DNA of 64,000 nucleotides from Hydrolagus colliei (taxonomy: Eukaryota). The first letter of the stretch is position 1. Each line of letters begins with the position of its first letter. The stretch is taken from the NCBI GenBank assembly GCA_035084275.1, contig CM068748.1, positions 12,462,001 through 12,526,000 on the forward strand, given 5' to 3'. The position numbers were made by a program, and so were the translations under genes. Below the pieces are notes generated by a model, which searched no databases, was not told the origin of the DNA, and was given only the letters and a program-made list of their open reading frames with translations. Positions 14,571-28,300 of this stretch are shown here, one piece after another.

Positions 14571-14710
14571 TACCTAAAGCGTAGCCCTCCACTACTTCAG
14601 AAAACACACAACCAGAAATACATCCATAATACTGATTGCAATGACAATTGCTCATTTTCAACTCTTTCTGCATATTATATTGACATGAGGTACTCTTAGC
14701 TCTGGCTCTC

Positions 14711-14940
14711 CAACAACAACAACAACTTGGATTTATACAGCGCCCTCCACGCTGGACGACGTCTCAGAGCGCTTCCCAATAACAGATCCCAGGGCCGAGC
14801 CAGGGGGAGGGGGAAGAAGGTGACCAAAAGCACGGTCAAAACGAAAGGTCTTTAGCCGAGATCTGAAAATAGGAAAAGAGGGGGCGAGGGGAAGGGAGAG
14901 AGGAAGGGAGTTCCAGAGCCTCAGGGGGTAGTAGCTGAAA
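14711..14940 (-). mobile_element. L2-type 3' end
   Basis: (caa)n followed by ttggatttatacagcgccctccac is the reverse complement of the tail at about 3350-3394. Confidence 0.75.
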
Positions 14941-17399
14941 GTAACAGAAGGAAGCCATGCACTTTGTCAAATCTGCTCCACCAGATTATTAGCGATTAGA
15001 TCACCAACACAATCCTTTGTATTGAGTGTATTAAATCTTACCTTAGCAGAAGGGGCTTTTGTTATTCTTATCTTTGAAGCTAAAAGACTTTCCCTCATTA
15101 CTTTTGTCCTGCAGTTAGCTGAAGGTAGTCTTGCACAGCAATCGGAAGGGTGTGCACAGCATCTGATATAAAAGCTTCACAGTCATGGGAGCTGTTCGCA
15201 CAAGTCAGAGCAAGTTTGTATACAACTGCCCATGTGAAGCCAGTTGAATTGAAGCTGCACTATCACAGTCTCGTCAGGTGAAATATATTCAGGTATCACA
15301 CAAACAAATGTCACAATTTCTTGAAAACCTGGAACATGATTTCTGTGAAAATGGCCTTAAGCAAGGCACACATTATAATTAGGAGGATTAGGTTGCCAAG
15401 TTATTAGGAGATGGATTTCTACTTGCAAATTTCTCCTTCATTGTAACCAGCCTGCTGCTGCTTCTCTAATGTCTGCCATTGTCCTTGAACAGTTTCAGCA
15501 GGAGGTACATCCTTTAAAAGTCATAGTTCAAAGATCAAACCATTTATCCAAGTGATTATTGTTGTGGTCAAAAGACCGACATTTTTGTAAATACTAATAA
15601 AGTATTTACATGTGCAGTGTGACTTCATTTTCACTAAAAGCTCTTATTACGAACAATAACATTATATCATATTAATTATTTGTAATTGTGTAAGACATTT
15701 AAGGTATGTGAGAGCAGCCAGATGGAGAGAATCTCCCAACATTCCTGTGCTATTCCTACATAGGGTCACCCAGCATCCCTCCAGATGGTTCTCCAGAAGT
15801 TAGAAACTTACTGGACATTGAATTCCAGATGTAATAAGCAACACACCATTTGGCAACACATTTGTACACTAATACAGTGGAAGACAGCCCAGAGAATACA
15901 TTTTGAGCCAATAAATTTTGTAAAAGAAATTCATGACCAGGTGAAACCAGTGCCTTGGGACGTCCTCCAGTGTCTTGGATGTCTTCCCAACGTGAAAGGC
16001 TCTTTACAAATGTCATTTTGTATTTTTTGTGCAAACACATTTGTTTATCCACCATTGCAATTATATGTTTACGCTGTTGCGTTACTGGAACATAATTTAG
16101 CATGTGATGGGAAACTAATTTCTCGTGAGAAAGATTGAATCTTTAAAGCCACAAAAAACAGATGCTGGTGGCCATCTTCATGCCAGAACCAAACCTCCAA
16201 GAGATCAAAATCAGAACAGCACCTACAACATTCGCCAGGATTTAACGCAGACCTGAATCTTTATGCATAGAATATAAACATTGGTCCAGGTGCACTTCAA
16301 CTGTGTGAAGAAAACAAAATTGTCTGCTCAGAATCTTCCAACAGGCTGTGGATCTGTATCCTTGGCAGCACCTAGTTAACACTATTATTTCCTTTAGAAA
16401 TTCAAACACTGAAACTAGCACCTCGTCCTGAGAATTCTCATTACAGGTCCCCATATTTGCATAAAATTCACTTCATGCCCTAGTTTATATTCCACTATTC
16501 TACCTGCTCCCTTTGCTCAGCTGGCCTTCCTCATGTCCCTCATCCCCTCCGTACCTCCATCATGCTTTCACCATCATGTCCCAAAATTATTCGCACTTCC
16601 AGGACGCTACCCTGTGTGAAAGGCGCTATATAAATTCAAGGTGTGATTGAAATTCTGGTATTCTCAGGCTCAATCTCTCCCCCTAGGCCTCCTCTTTGCC
16701 ATTTAAAGATTGCACCTGATGATCTTCCACTTTGCCCGTGTATACAGTCATCTCTCCTCTTTCCCTGGGTCTGTGCCAAAACAATTAAACGCGCCAAGAC
16801 ACAATCCCATGTGAAGAGCACTACGTGAATGCAAGTTTGAGTTTATTTGCCTTCTTAGCACAACACATTTTTTTTCAAGCTTTTTGCTCCTAGCAATAAC
16901 GGGGGTCAAAAGTCCAAGGTGACAAAGATTAAAAAAGTATAGTGTTTCATCTGATCCTTGTGATTTTTTTTGTTCATTGGATTAAAATGAAATCTCTCTG
17001 GTTCATTACCACTGTATTACTTTCCAGATGAGTTAAAAGGCAGTAATCTCTATGACCGAGCTGAGCTAAGAAACCTGCTGTGCAAGTTATTAGGTTTTAA
17101 TAATAATCCTCACATTTTTTGGTAATGTTTTAAATAACAGGCAGGCATTCAGAATAGATGTGATGCTGAAATGTGTTTCTCTGGAGATAATAGCAGTAAG
17201 GCTTCTCACCACTCAGTAGCAAAATGGTTGCAGAATGATTTGATGTGAAAGACAATCAAAAGGTCACACAGCTCACTAAAAACCTGCTGTGTTTCTATCA
17301 GCAATCGGAGCAAACAGTCTCATTCCTGCTGTAAAGTAAAACAATCCACAATCCATATCAACGTATAGTCTGGACTGTTTCTCCTGTTCCATGTTAAGG

Positions 17400-17690
17400 G
17401 AGTGTTGCGTTGTTGAGGATGCTATCCTTCGGATGAGATGTTTAATGGAGATCTCGGGTTTTTTTCAAAAAAGAGAAGGGAGCTCCTCTCAGTAACCTGA
17501 TACATAATCCTCCAGATTAAAATTGGTTATTTGTTTTAATAGCTGTTTGTGGAACATTACTGTGGGCAATTTAGCTGCTGTTTCACCTACAAAATACATT
17601 CACTACTCTACAGAAAATAACTGAAGCAAGTTTGAGACATTTGAACAATGTGATTAAACTTTATATCAAATGCAGCGATTATTATTATTT
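17400..17690 (+). mobile_element. Old Deu-domain SINE relic (SacSINE1/AmnSINE1-like)
   Basis: ccttcggatgagatgtttaa...gctgtttgtggaacattactgtgggcaatttagctgctg...(tta)n; recognised from memory of the Deu core. Confidence 0.6.
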
Positions 17691-18525
17691 CCCCTGAAAG
17701 TTAATTCCAGCAACCTCATCTGCGTTCTCGAAGCAACGGCATGGGACAGGAATAGTTCCTTCCAATGATGTATCTTGCGGGAGGTGGCATTAACAAAGGT
17801 TACAGGTATACCCATGGGCTGGAGCAACTAGTGTTCACCGGGAATCATTATCAGGAATGTTCAGGTTGTTTGATAATTGAAAAAGGTATGTGTGTTTGCC
17901 TGTTTCTTATCAGAGTATAGTTTTCTCACACCAATTAGTGCTCAAACAGCAGATTCCAAAATTTATACCAGTTATCCAAAATAAACATGTTTGTGGGATT
18001 ATACTGTGTGCAAATTGACTGATGCATTCTCCCACAAAACACAGTCACTCAACTTTACAGTAACCATGAGAAATGCTTTGGAACACACTACAGATGTGAA
18101 AGGGGCTGTTTGTAACAAATGTCAGGATTATTATTTAACTTTAGCATAGGAACATGTGCCACCTCCTTTTTACTCTTCCCTTTTGGAATGAAATCAGGAA
18201 TTAAGTTATTAAATGAAGATTGTGAACAGTGTCTATTTTAGAGTCAAGAATTTGGGGAGAATTATATCTTGAAAGTATATATTTAAACAAATTAACTGAT
18301 ATTGAGGTTTCCATATATCTTGCAGAAAGCATTTTAAAAATGCATTTTGTTGCCCTCGTAAAGGTGCTGTCAATGCAGCAATAGATCACAGGTTTGCAAA
18401 GAAAATTGCTATAAAATGAACTACAATTGACCTGGAAGCTCCTACAATCGTAAGCACAAATGTGAGAAACATTACATTTTAAAAGAAAGCATGCAGCATT
18501 TGATTCGTTAAACTAGGAAATATAA

Positions 18526-18531
18526 TTTATT
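18526..18531 (-). terminator. Putative polyadenylation signal AATAAA
   Basis: Plus-strand tttatt; on the transcript strand it is preceded by TGTA motifs (TGTAAATA at 18570-18577) and followed by U/GU-rich sequence. Confidence 0.6.
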
Positions 18532-20775
18532 GCATAAAAATTAATTTGTTACAATAGGAATGCTAAACGTATTTACAATTGGTAGTTTACAGAATGAACA
18601 AATACATGAAAAGAGGGACACAGCAATAGATTCTAGTACTTTCTATACATATAAATATGAAAAGTATACATAAAGAACTGCTGCCTTTAAGGTAAGTCTG
18701 AAAATGAATAATCTATGTACTTGCATAGCACTTGGGAGTGAACAAAAAAAATTAAAGTACTATTTGCTAACGGTTTGGTGTAATGATCCCTTACCACAGC
18801 AGAAGGAGGATTATTGATTAAAACACCTTCAGCTATCATCACCAAAGAATACTGCAAAATACTGGTTAGCAGCTGCTAAAAGGTAAATGCCAACCCCCCA
18901 TCAGCAGTCAACAGAATTATTGTTAATCCTGGTTTGAAATCTTAATTACACCGTTGTAAGAAATAGCCCCAAGAGTCATAATGAATCTTTCAAATATAAT
19001 TTTATAAAAACTAAGCATCTAGAGCAATAATTCATAATCCGCTGACATTTTAGCTCACTGCTGTACATATTATATATAAATTCTTCCATTAAAAAGAGAT
19101 CAAATAGGAGTGTGTGATTTTGTGTACTTCGGTTGCAGTAACTGAATGCTGGATAACTAATGTAAAATTATAATAAATGGAACAGAAAAAGCAGTTATTT
19201 AAAAAAAGTCTTTCATATACTGTACTTATTGACGTAGCTTAAATGAGTTTCATAATAAAAAAATGTGTTAAGCTAACTTGATATCCTGTTGAACCAAATA
19301 CTAAAAACAATTAAAAAGGCAACATTTACAAATAAGTAATATTTGTAGCATTTTATGGTGCAGTTTTATGTATTTCATATTCAGATTCATACTAAGACCA
19401 CATTAATATTGAATACATCACACACTCCTACATCCAACACAAGTCAATCTATTTCAGGTTGACTTTACCTTTTAGTTAGCTAAAGATCTTTCAAAATCAA
19501 TGGAAATGTAAAAGATCTCCATAAGTGTCAAGAAACAAATATTACTGAAAGGTCTGTTCCAACACCTAAAATAATCTAAGGTGTTTTTTTTTAAAAAAGG
19601 CAAGTTTGCATTGGAGTAAGACATCATTGGGCATTTGTCCCTAAGCCAGGAGTCAACTCAGGAACGCTTCCCGAGGGCATGGGGCGGGGAGGGTGGTCTG
19701 AGGGATTTTGTGGAAAATGACCATAACTGCTGGACAACACTCTGCCAGTGAACGTTTTGTACATGTTGCTCATTACAGAAAGGCTCTTTTCCTACATGAA
19801 GCACTTTCAGCACATTTGCTTCACCACAATTTCAACATTCAATTCCAATGTCTTTATAGAGACTTTGTTTGTTTGTTCTGGTTCCCATGTTTCTAAATCA
19901 TAACAAGGCAATAAGATGTTAGGGCCCCAAGTTATATCAGTGAGGTTTAACTGAGCAGAGTTTCTATTCAAGTGCCAACTGATACTTTTTTTCATTTTAA
20001 ATTAAATGGGAATTTGGGAAGGGTGATGGTGGGGGGTGGGTTGTGGATGGAGGAAAAGTGTTAAACCTTAATCAATGACAGATTAAACACTGTTCACTAT
20101 CAGCGGGCATACATGTGCATTTCCCCACTATGATATCCCATCAACCTTAGCGGACTACTCCATTTGGTGTTCAAATTAAAATGAACAGTAACAAGCAATA
20201 CAAGATAAAATGGTGCAGATTTGAAGCAAATGTGGAAAATTGAAGAAACTGATAGTGTCATTAACAGTATGTGAAAGAGAAAGCTAGTGTCGACCCCTTA
20301 ATCAGAAAAACTATGAGGAATCCCACTACAAATATTCAGCTATCTTTCTCTTTCAGATGCTGATTGGTTTTCAGCATTTTCCCTTCATTTCAGTAACAAA
20401 CATCAATTTAGAAGTGATAAATGTTACTGAAATCTCACAACTGAAACAGTAAAATCCCTGCATCCATAATAATTCTTCAAAACCCAAATTACTTGGCTGG
20501 AGCTGGGGGGAAATCACAAGTATTCAGTTGTACTACATAGTATCTTTGTATTATGTGAGGACATTGTAATGTTGCTGGGTAGGATCATTTCATATGTGCT
20601 TGGGCATAGTAGATTATTTCAATCAACTGGTATTGCTTTGCTGCACTATCTTGAATCTTAATCCATCTTAATACTGGACCACACCATTGTGCAGACTGGG
20701 TGAGAACTACTGCAATGTATTTTATCAGGATTGTGGGAGTTCAGAATAGAATACCCGCATTGAAGTTTCAAAGTA

Positions 20776-21500
20776 TAGTAGAAGTCCATTTATCCATGAC
20801 TCGATGAACCGGCACATCCGTTTAACCGGCACGCCAAAAAAAAAAGTCCACATTTGATAAACTGGAACTTATCCGGAACAATAGTGGTGGAGCATTTGTA
20901 AATGCATAAATAACATAATAACATAATATTGTATTGGTCCTTATTGGTAAAACTACTCTCTTGCGCATTTCACCTTTGCTGGTAGATGCTGCGCTTGAAG
21001 CCATGATGCTGCGGTTGAGGTTTATAGTCCAGTGATTCTTTTTAAAATGAGGCACACCAAGCGGGTGAAAAAAACGGAACGTGACTTTAAAGCCATACTA
21101 GCAGCAAGCCGATAACGCTAGCCGATAACCGACATTGTCACGCAAGTGCAGTATTTTGGTTTGCCGCTAGTAGAGTCTAGGGCTATCGGCTTGCCGCTCG
21201 TAAAGTCGCACGCTGCTGTTTTTTTCACCCGCTTGGCGTCCTCCATTTAAAAAGAATCACTGGACTGTAAATCTCAATCAGTAAAGGTGAGAAAAGCAAG
21301 AGAGTAGTTTTAACAATAAGTACCAATACAATATTTTGTTATTATCTGTTATTATTTAGTCTGGTGTGTATGGTGTGTGTTAAAAGAACTTCAATTTTTT
21401 TTATGGTGGGTTTTCGGCCATAGGCCGCCCGAATATCCAGCAGGCACTTTAACCGGCATTGGCCAGGTCCCGCGGGTGCCGGATAAACGCGCTTTTACTG
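20776..21500. mobile_element. 725-bp Tc1/mariner (pogo/Tigger-like) MITE, copy 1, in the putative 3'UTR
   Basis: TA|tagtagaagtccatttatcc ... ggataaacgcgcttttactg|TA: terminal inverted repeats with TA target-site duplication; colinear with 50604-51328. Confidence 0.9.
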
Positions 21501-22152
21501 TACTTCCTGCTAATTGGTAATTTTAGACAGACAATATGAGCGAAAAAAAGCTTTGGAAATTATGGGTCTAGAAAGGAGAATTCCAGACAGATGTAACACA
21601 AAGCAAAAAAACCTAACTCTGCATCAACCTTTTTTTGAGTCTGAAAGGAGGATTTCTTTTGTTATAAGAAATAAAAATGAAACAGAATAAAAATGCAACA
21701 AGTAGCCCCGAGGATTGCAACTGTCCTGCCTGACTGCATCTGTGATATGTCCGTAAACAGGTGGGTGTGTGTGTGTGTGTGCAGCTCGGACCTCCTCCTC
21801 CGCCCTCTTCTCCTGTAAAACTTGTGCATTATTATCTGAACAATGTCTACATAGGCCAGGCATGTAAACAAGTCATTGGGTTTCATACAAAGTTTCAATA
21901 TAGAGCAAAAAGCATCCAAAGATATGGATAATAAATTAAATGCGTTTCCTAAGAAACTGTTGACATTTATAAGCTGTCCAAAGCTTTGATAGAAGAAAAA
22001 GTTTGTCTAGATTGTACTTGACATCTGCAGCTCTCTGTATAAAATGCTATGTCCTAATTTGCTTGTTGCTGTGTGGAGCAGGAGACCCAGTCCTATAACA
22101 GTTACCATAGATGCTAGATTTTAAGCATTGTGTTGTAAAGGTTATCCACAAT

Positions 22153-22315
22153 TCAGCATTCTTCTGTTGCTATGACTACCATCACATCACTTTTGCCCAT
22201 TTCCTCAAGGGCACTAGCGAGGGAGTTTATGTCTCCATCATCTTGGTGCTGCGCTTCCCACAAGTCCAGGATGACTCCAGTCGGACTAACCTTCGTAGCA
22301 AAATAGGTGAGATAT
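22153..22315 (-). CDS. unc5b: unc5b exon 17 coding part (death domain C-terminal part, TGA stop)
   Basis: attcag|A TAT...; encodes [53 protein letters not shown]. Confidence 0.96.
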
Positions 22316-25300
22316 CTGAATGTGAGAGAAAACAAAACATCCTTCGTAAAGCGCTTGGTATTGGATTCATTCTGCATCCTTTCCCACACACAAATAATTG
22401 AATTTCTCAATATGATTTTGTATAATGCTAACTCACTTATAGTCTTGGGACTGAGCATTGGACCTTTTAGGTCTGTATGAGTCAGTTGACTCTGAGTTTA
22501 CCTGCTAGACCATTGGCAAAGCTAGTATTTTTAATGTCTAATCTAGACAATTGTTCATTTGTTTCACAGATATTCAACCACAACTTTCTATTGTCAACTG
22601 CTGCTCACCTGTCAACCCCTAGTTTCTGTGCTAGGAGCCTCCAGTCATTGCCTCTAGTGTTTGGTGCATCCAGACTGGTGCAGATCTTCTGCCTGATGGA
22701 GTATGGAATTTTAAAGGCATAAGGGCCCACCTGGGTGGCCATGTTATTGCCAGCTGGTGTGTGAAATGGACTGGCACATTTGACATTCTGCAAAATGGAA
22801 AGAAAAAAAGAATGAATTTCTACAATACAAATTTACATTTATATTGCATGTTTCACTTTGGGAGGATGTCCCAATGAACTTCAGAGTACTAGCTTCGAAC
22901 CCAAGCTGCAGTTGGAAACTAGGGAGAGGTGACTGAAAGTGTGGTCGAAGAGTGTTCTTATATAAAGGGATTAAGGGGTATGGGGATAAGGCAGGTAGCT
23001 GGAGTTAGAGTAGAATGTCAGCCATGATTGAATGGCAGGGCAGGCTCGAGGGCCGAATGGCCTACTCCTGCTTCTACTTCTTATGTTCTTATGAAGAGGT
23101 AGGTCTTGAGGTGGACCTTGAACAAAGGTGGGAGCAAGTTGAATGGACTTCAGGATGGAGTTCCAGACAGTGGGGCAAATCTATAGGTATCTTATACCTA
23201 AATTGATACTTGTAGAACACAATGGATGAGATTGAGTATACATTTGGAGAGTGTAAAGATTTATTGAGGGTGATAAAGATTTATTGATATTTAATACAAT
23301 TCACACAAGTCTAAATGCAATTGTGGACCTTTGCACCTCTGTATACATGAAACATAGCTTTACACATTTGTCACATACCCTAAATATTTCTTTGTTGGAG
23401 CCCAGTTAATTTACTTTCAAGTCAGGTTGATCTTACCTCTCCAATAGTTGTATGTAACTGGAATATCTGGCCTTCTCCCTCCACTTGCCTGACACAGATT
23501 TTGCAGGAGAGTTCAGTGGATGCCAGGGTGTACCTCTCCAGTGTGAAGGTGCAGTGCAGTCCTCGTTGGTTGCCACTCCAGATGTGATAAAATGGAATTT
23601 CCTGAAGAAGTCGGGGAATGGAAAATTTTTAATGAGTTCACACCTGTGTGGTTTACAACCGTCACCTGAACCCTCTTGATGGGATTCCAGCATCGCTCCT
23701 ACAGAACCATACTATTGCCTACCTTACAGCATTTCTACAATGGAAATAGTGATCAGCAATACACTGGTGGGCAGAGACCAAGATCGTAACCTTCGCTACT
23801 GCTGAGCATCTTTGATGTATGCATAAATGTAGTTGAACATACTGTCAATATACAGAACAATAGCTTCATTCAGAAGTGCTTTGGAACATCTTCCCAACAT
23901 GAAGGGAGCTACATGTTATATTGCAAAGAATGAGTTCCAGGTTTTTTTCCCCCCAATTAAAATAAAAGTATTTTTGAAGCAGTGGCTCAGAATCCCACCA
24001 ATAAGTGAGGAGTGAAACAGGGCTTCAGTGCCACATGGCTTTGCAATCCAATAGAACTTGTCTCACTGACCACTGATATTGTGTGAACCTAAACAGTGAG
24101 TTCCAGCAACCTGTCTTCATCCAATGAACACACAAACACACTCCAGAAGAGTAGAATTTTTTAACTCGCTGAATGAGAAATTGAGGTGCTGGGAGAGGAG
24201 AAGGAACACTGAAATAAATATAGTCCAGCACCAAAACTACTTTTTGGTGGTAGACTACATGTTACAGCCAATACAGAACCATTGTAGTTCACTATCGGTC
24301 ATAAATGCATCAAAAGGCACTTCTCACAATCTCCTGCACAACCAACTTGAAACATGCTCACTGAATGTTTTCTGCTTTTAGCTCTCAAATATGGAATTCA
24401 TCAAGCATTTTTCCATATTAAAGATTAATAAATACAAAACAGGCAATTACATATTTATGATTCACTGATATTTTCAGTTTAATTGCAGTATAACATTTAT
24501 TGCTCACGATAATGATGCTGTCAAACGTAAAGGCTGTTACACTAGAATGAGATGAACTCCCCAAAAATAAGTTATTTGCTTATCCCTGCTCTTAGAGGTA
24601 CTTGAAGAAGATTTTCCAACCTGATATTTGGCCAGTAATTTGCTCCTCCAAAGTGAGTGAGGAATATCATGGATGGAAAGCCTTAAGTTATGGTAACTAT
24701 CTTTGAACAGCAAGCTTTTGGGTTCCTCAAGCAAATATCCTCCCAGGCTCCTTTCCAGCTCCAGCACTTCCTGTAATCGACAGAAACAGAGAGATATAAA
24801 GTGTTAAACATTATGACCAAGGATTGCCTGTAAATCCTCCACAGAAACTGGCAAGACTGCATGTGGCTCCTAGTAATAGCAGCTCACACTTTTGATGGAA
24901 TGAAAAAAACTTGTGATTTATATAAGAATTTGCAATTTACAGTAATAGGAAATGCTCGAAATATAATGATCATTGCTGATTGCAATATAGATCATTGAAT
25001 TAATGTTAATCTTCTAGGGGTTAAGGGAGAATTTAAAGAATATAAAAATTATATAGTGCCTTTCAAATTGGAAGCATGTCTTCAATGCATTGCACAATAA
25101 TTATTGTGATCTGTAGTGACCTGTAGGCAAATTCCATGTTAGCATTACAACATCAACAATTACTTTTACAGAGTGGAGGATGTCCAGCAGCTAATCTGCA
25201 CTCAGCAAAGTCCCACAAACAGCCATGAAGTTGAATGGTCAATTTTATACAAAGACACTAGGAGAAACACCCTTCTCATGATCTTTTACGTCCATCTGAA

Positions 25301-28300
25301 AAGGCGGTCTCAGCTGAAAGTCAGTACCTCTGATAATGCAGCCCTTCCACAGCACTGCGTTGGAGGGTTAGTGGAGAAAAGCGGTTTAAAGTCCCGACGT
25401 CAGGTTTGAACTAAAAACCATCTAACTGAGAGGCAAGAGGATTACCAAATGAGCTTGGCCAACAATTAATACCAAGTCAGGGATATTCTTTCACCAGCAA
25501 ATAAGTAAGTCATTCAATGACCGAATAAATTGCAGTGATATTTGGACTGAGATGGTTTCCAATCATTGAACTCCTCATTTCTACTTCAAAATACTGAAAA
25601 GTTCTCAATGCTTTGCATTAAAAAAATGTTGTTCAGTGCTTTTAAAGCGTTTTCATTTTACCTAAAGCTCCTTCATCTCTTTTAGCCCAAAACATTAAAA
25701 ATGACTTCATACATGAACAAATTCTACTGCAGCAAATGCAATCAATAACATTATCAAAGCTGCTGCAGACAGCAATTACGGAGATGTGATTTTGCCAATA
25801 TATTTATAATTAAAACAGAAAATAAATCTGTCATTTATTCGCTGAAAGCCTAAATGGCATTATTGATATCTGCGTTAAAAATGAGCAATAAATTAAATGT
25901 TACAGAAAATGAGGTGACTAAAGTGATTTGGAGACTTCTTGTACTTGAACCAAAGTCACTTTGAGTGTCCCTGATGCCCATACTAGGCTACATGCTGTTT
26001 TATGAAAACTTGCACAATTCTGGAGACTAGCCAGAATTTATAATTTATATATATAATTTATAATCCCAAATCAGCTCATAGAAAAGAAAAAGATAAAGAA
26101 ACAGATTGACAAAGTCATACATCTTCACACAAATGCAAAGTTATAATAAGAATAACCCTTACATTTGTTATAGTGCCTTTCATGTTTTGAGAGGATGTCC
26201 CAAAGTATTCCACAGAAAATAACATAAAGTATGTTTTTGTGTGTGTTCAAATGGAACTTGTTGCTAATTCCTGAAAGTTCATTTATAAACTTTCAACAAA
26301 CTGACTAACATAACATTTCCTTCATAACTCACACACAATATTGATAAGATGTACAGAAAATCTAACAGATTTTTAATATTTTATATCCTCTCTGTGTTGA
26401 TGGTAAAAATTACAGGTATTATGACAGTAGGAAAACTGGATATAATTTTTTTAAGTTACCATATCATGGATGTGAGACTGGCATAGTGACTAGTGTCAAC
26501 CTATCGATTAAATGATGAGGTCGAATATTATGAATTACCAGGTCGCATTTCAGAAAATTGTCTTTTCTACATTTTTGCCCAATTAACCAATCGAAGGATG
26601 TACACAACCTGCTAATCCTCATATCAGCAAATAAAAAATGCAAGATTTAAAAAATAAAAATCTGTCTCAGCGAATGTGACTTTTGCATTTGGGGGTGAAA
26701 GCCTGGATTGATTTCATTTGGACTCATTAATGACTTTGCTAACTGCTCATTATGAGTCCATTAAATATTTACAATTTCCCCTTCATGGTTGTTTGCTTCA
26801 AATGTTACAAACCCTGGGCACATCAGGACTGATTTCTTTCTTAATGGCATTAATGAGTGACAGCAGTTACGTTCATTTCATTGTTCAGGTTACTAATGAG
26901 GAAACCATATATGCATTTTTCCAATGCATATATCTCCCTGACTTACTTGCCTTCCAGCAGGATTCTTAAAATAGTGTTATAAAGTGGGACTGACTTGGAA
27001 TAAAATGTTATTTTGAAAACAAAATCAACACAGAGGGAGTTTAAAAATAGTCTGTACCTTTAAAGCATCAGGAGTGTCGTCCACACAGTACACTTTAAGG
27101 CTGTACTCCAGAGAAGTACATGAGGTGGGTGCAAATATGGCAAGCTGGAGTCTTTTGATGGCAGATCTTGAGAAAGACTCTCCAACAAGTGTGTAGGTGC
27201 CAAGCTGATCCAGAAGGATGTGGCAGGACTGGGATTCCAGCTGACAGTAACATGGAATGTTTATTCTATCCTCATCAAGTGTCACCACATCCTGAAGAGA
27301 GAACAGATAAGTACAGTAGTGCATTGCAGATGAAAGCAATGAAAGAAACAATGCTCACCTTTATAACAGTCAGCCTATTTAGAAATAATTACATAGAAAC
27401 TTAAAGGGCCACTTAAAGGCACTGAAAAGGGCCAGCTCAACTGTAAAAAAGACTGAACTATAAATTGTTATTATACGGTTAGAATGATGGGAGTTCCATT
27501 CATTTAGACTCAAAAGCTACCTTTCGGTAAGTGAGAAGCAGAAATATCGCCTAAAGCAGACTTCAGACAGTGGCAAAAGTTACTGCCAGCTACATCTCTT
27601 CTGAATGTATTGCCAAAGATAACTGATTGAGCACGCCTTGATGTTTTTAAACCAGCAAACTGTTAGCCACACCATTAGTTGAATAGTGGAGTTCCTCTTT
27701 ACTTGAAAGGGCAATAGATAAGGGCACAGACATTCAAGACATTTAGAATACAAGCCAGAGATTTATGTGCAAACAACTCAGCATGAGCTCATTACCAATC
27801 TTGCAATAATATCAGCGGGTATTTAAAAAGTAGGAATCTTAAAATGGTCACTCCGTGGATCAAGTTTGTGCCTTCTGAAGTCAAGAATACAGCCTACTCT
27901 AATGTTGCAACAACACTAACAACAAAATTACACTTGTATAGCACCTTTCACATCAGGAGGACATCCCAGGGCACTGGACAGTCATTGTTTCAGATCTGAG
28001 CTAAGGTTGGGGATGGGGAAGGGAAAGGGGGGAATTCGAGGAGGCCGACAAGCAGGGCGTTTGTGTAGTCAAACTGGGATGTAATGAAGGCATGAATAAG
28101 GGTTTCCGTGGCCTTGGGGGTACGGTAGTGGTGGAGTTCGGGCAATATTGTGGAGGTGAGGGAAGGCAGAGCGAGTCATAGCTTGGATATGGGTGAGGAA
28201 GGACAGTTCAGGATTGAACAAGACACCTAGGTTCCTGACTGGCTTGGTGAGGTTGCGTATGCAACGTAATGTAAACTGTATACACCCACCCCACCCGTCT

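Larger units (their letters stand above)
18505..22152 (-). other. unc5b: Probable ~3.6-kb 3'UTR of unc5b
   Basis: AT-rich stretch between the stop codon and the first canonical AATAAA I could find by eye; the 3' end is inferred and has no transcript support. Confidence 0.55.

Noticed and set aside
15756-16138. Overlapping 115-aa and 117-aa ORFs on opposite strands
   Set aside because: No protein-like motifs, and they overlap a decayed SINE/L2 tail; chance ORFs.
1-18400. Expected downstream neighbour gene (slc29a3 follows UNC5B in mammals)
   Set aside because: No recognisable nucleoside-transporter exons or other convincing coding exons were seen; a very short first exon cannot be excluded.
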